Assembly: GCF_006345805.1 (NCBI RefSeq)
Contig: NW_021836737.1
Coordinates: 1 to 22,904, forward strand
Direction of reading: 5' to 3'
Length of the DNA: 22,904 bases
Source of the DNA: Octopus sinensis
Lineage: Eukaryota
Shown here: positions 20,366 through 22,904 of the stretch, one piece after another
How positions within the stretch are numbered: position 1 is the first letter of the stretch
Layout: each line of letters starts with the position of its first letter
Notes under the pieces: model-generated
What the model was told of the DNA's origin: nothing
Databases searched by the model: none
What the model saw: the letters and a program-made list of their open reading frames with translations, nothing else
Translations under genes and position numbers: made by a program

Positions 20366-20462
20366 TGACTACCGAGTAATGTAACATATTGTATAGATAA
20401 ATTTCCTCTATTTACATAATATTGAGGTCTCTTTCTTCTTTTGTTTACTTACCGTTTTATCA

Positions 20463-20476
20463 ATATATATATATTA

Positions 20477-20510
<34 letters not shown>

Positions 20511-20542
20511 ATTATATATATATGTATATGTATATTATGTAT
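20463..20542. repeat. (TA)n microsatellite at the PLE right end
   Basis: Directly visible. Confidence 0.95.
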
Positions 20543-20600
20543 ACGGGAGTAAGCACATAAATGTGAAACAAGTGGAAAAAAGAGTACTCAAATACCAGAG

Positions 20601-20636
20601 GCAGAGTTTCACGTTCCCGTTCGTCGGACAGTTTTG
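20601..20636 (-). ncRNA. Partial hammerhead-like core (stem III and 3' stem I not recoverable)
   Basis: Minus strand: CAAAACTGT-CCGACGA-ACG-GGAA-CGT-GAAA-C; stem II has 3 bp closed by a GNRA tetraloop. Confidence 0.4.
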
Positions 20637-21480
20637 TTAAAATAGAACCGAAATGACAATTCCATCAAAACTAGTTAAAGGATACACCTTTAAAAATGGA
20701 TTTGTTTCATTGGTCCTTTCAAATAACGGTCTTAGGCAAGCGATAAACAAAATAAACAAAATAAATGAATTCAATATAAAATTATAAAAATCGAGGAAAT
20801 ACCTTAAATCGAAGAGAGGATTCAAAATACATATTGTCATTAATTATATAGAAAATATAATTCAGTTAATACAACTAATACATAAAAATTAAAATTAAAA
20901 TATATTAAAATATTTCACAACAGTATATACTCATACTAAACCATCAATATACATATATACATCAAAATACACAGATGGATGTACACAGACCACATACATA
21001 TACAGACATATCAATGCAAAACGAAAATATACACACAAATACACGTATACATATGTATACGCGATCTTGCTCGCATGCTAAAATCACTTGGTGTATACAT
21101 ATAGACTAGAAGTAAAAGGCAGAGAGGGAGAAAAAAAGAAAAGGTAACGATATTATAAGCAACAGAAAGCTAAAGACGTGAGTAAGAGAAGGGGAGAGGG
21201 GCGTAAAGTTACAGGACTCAATACAAGTAACGAATAGGGAGAGAAAAAATAAGGAAAGAAAGGAAGAAAGAAAGAAGTCTGACTATGCGTAACGAACGTT
21301 CACAAAATAAAATTACGTATACATGTGTATATAAAAGTGTATATTAGCAGCAAATACACATATAAGGACACATATAAATATATAGAGACAAGTACGTAAA
21401 AACACATCCACACAAATTCAAGTGAATACATGCATACATATACCATCCATTTACATATACATACATATACATCCATATAC

Positions 21481-21587
21481 ATACAAATTCACTCATAAGG
21501 ATTCGGCGCTATTAGACACTTAACCAAAGATCTACTATGTGGGACTGAATCTGGTCGGGAAGTAAGTTTCTTACCAAACAGAAGCCA
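21481..21587 (-). mobile_element. Decayed 5' fragment of SINE family A
   Basis: CAAATTCACTCATAAGG ... AGACACTTAACCAAAG ... GTGGGACTGAATC ... AAGTAAGTTTCTTACCA. Confidence 0.6.
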
Positions 21588-21736
21588 CCACCAAGATTCC
21601 AATGTGAGGCGAATTAAATTATGATTTACATGGATCAAATAAATTTCGCATAAGACACGAAAAAAATATTTTACTTTCAAAGATTAATTTCTGGAATCGA
21701 AACCTGAGACTATTATTTTTTCCATTTATTGTAAAT

Positions 21737-21888
21737 AGGCACAGGAGTAGGTGTGTGGTAAGTAGCTTGCTTAAAAATCGCATGGTTCCGGATTTAATCC
21801 CCACTGGGCAAGTGTCTTCTACTATAACCACGGGCCGATCAAAGCCTTGTGAGTGGATTTGGTAGATAGAAACTGAAAGAAGACCGTG

Positions 21889-21936
<48 letters not shown>

Positions 21937-22150
21937 ATATGTTTGTGTGTGTGTGCGTGTTTCCCACCACCACCGCCATCACTTGACAACCGGTGTTGGT
22001 CCGTTTACGTCTCCGTAACATTAACGGTTCGGCAAGAGAGACCGATAGAATAAATACTAGGCTTACAAAGAATAAGTCCTGGAGTCGATTTGCTCGACTA
22101 AAGGCCGGGCTCCAGCATGGCCGCATTCAAATGAAAAAGAATCAAAGAAT
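21737..22150 (+). mobile_element. SINE family A copy with internal (TG)n
   Basis: AGGCACAGGAGTAGGTGTGTGGTAAGTAGCTTGCTT ... GTCGATTTGCTCGACTAAAGG ... CCAGCATGGCCGCATTCAAATGA. Confidence 0.92.
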
Positions 22151-22339
22151 TTTGGTTTTTACTGGTATTATATATATTCTTCAACGATTGTTGCATCACC
22201 AATATCTAACCTTACGTTTGATCTATATTATTGGTTTTATGGTAAATTTGTTCCAATCAAGGGGGGACCTTTTATTTTTATGAATTTCATTAAGTCTTTC
22301 CACGTGTTTTTGAATTGCATGAAGATTATGCTAGTATTG

Positions 22340-22715
22340 TTCTTGTAGTGTTCCTTGAATGTATCTATATATATACACTTCTTCATACATACACACAAGC
22401 TTATACGCATCAATACATACATACATATATAAAGACATCCGTGCATACATGCATATATACATACATTCTTGCATACATGTATGCATACGTGCATATAAAC
22501 ATACATGCATACATACATATAGGTATGCAAACATATATACACACATATACACATAGTTTGAAAATGTATATTCTTGTGTGATTGCGCTTTTGCTAATGAT
22601 AGTAAACGTGAGTGAATATCACGTGGGTATTTGTTTAGAAGTATATATAGTATACATGTAATGCGTGTGTGTGTGTGTGTGTGGTGTGTGTGTGTGTGTG
22701 TAGTGTGTGCGTGTG
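22340..22715. repeat. Degenerate (TACA)n and (TG)n microsatellites
   Basis: Directly visible. Confidence 0.9.
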
Positions 22716-22904
22716 CTTCTGTGTATTTATAATTCTTCATTTTGAATGCCTTCTTTATTTTCCGTATTAGTTTATTACTCGTGTATAGCGATTTTGATTT
22801 CATCTTTTGGGATCATTGTAATATAAGTGATTTTTTTTTCTTAAATGAACGAGATGATATGAAAGAAAAATAATATTTTAATGACAACGATAGAGGAAAA
22901 CCAG

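Larger units (their letters stand above)
16322..20462. mobile_element. Penelope-like retroelement in head-to-head inverted arrangement
   Basis: 16322-18214 is the near-identical reverse complement of 18503-20395. The 288-bp spacer (18215-18502) continues the PLE ORF upstream on the plus strand. A further ~67 bp (20396-20462) extends the right end to a (TA)n tract; assigning this extension to the element is inference. Confidence 0.93.

Overview
AT-rich, repeat-saturated eukaryotic DNA with no recognisable host protein-coding exon or true RNA gene. The SINE families and (TA)n/(TACA)n load resemble octopus (coleoid cephalopod) genomic DNA; this is inference from recognition, not a search. The window holds (i) a ~4.1 kb head-to-head inverted Penelope-like retroelement (PLE; RT plus C-terminal GIY-YIG endonuclease) at 16322-20462, bounded by (TA)n, with a minimal hammerhead-ribozyme (HHR)-like motif near each outer end; (ii) three small inverted-repeat elements (1774-1865, 2238-3190, 12500-12839) carrying outward-facing type I HHR-like motifs, one with a compensatory G3:C8 core swap, plus a truncated HHR core at 20601-20636; (iii) a decayed RTE/BovB-clade LINE on the minus strand (4316-7256) interrupted by a young SINE just before the RT catalytic motif; (iv) a CR1 LINE 3' end (about 13470-13761); (v) about 15 tRNA-derived SINE copies or fragments from at least two superfamilies; (vi) long microsatellites, a 1.3 kb polypyrimidine tract and a local duplication. 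The most interesting signal is a PLE-associated set of hammerhead-bearing foldback elements with several different core variants (CUGAUGA, CUGAAGA, GUGARCA, CCGAAGA, CCGACGA). All alignments and folds were done by eye; coordinates of decayed repeats are approximate.
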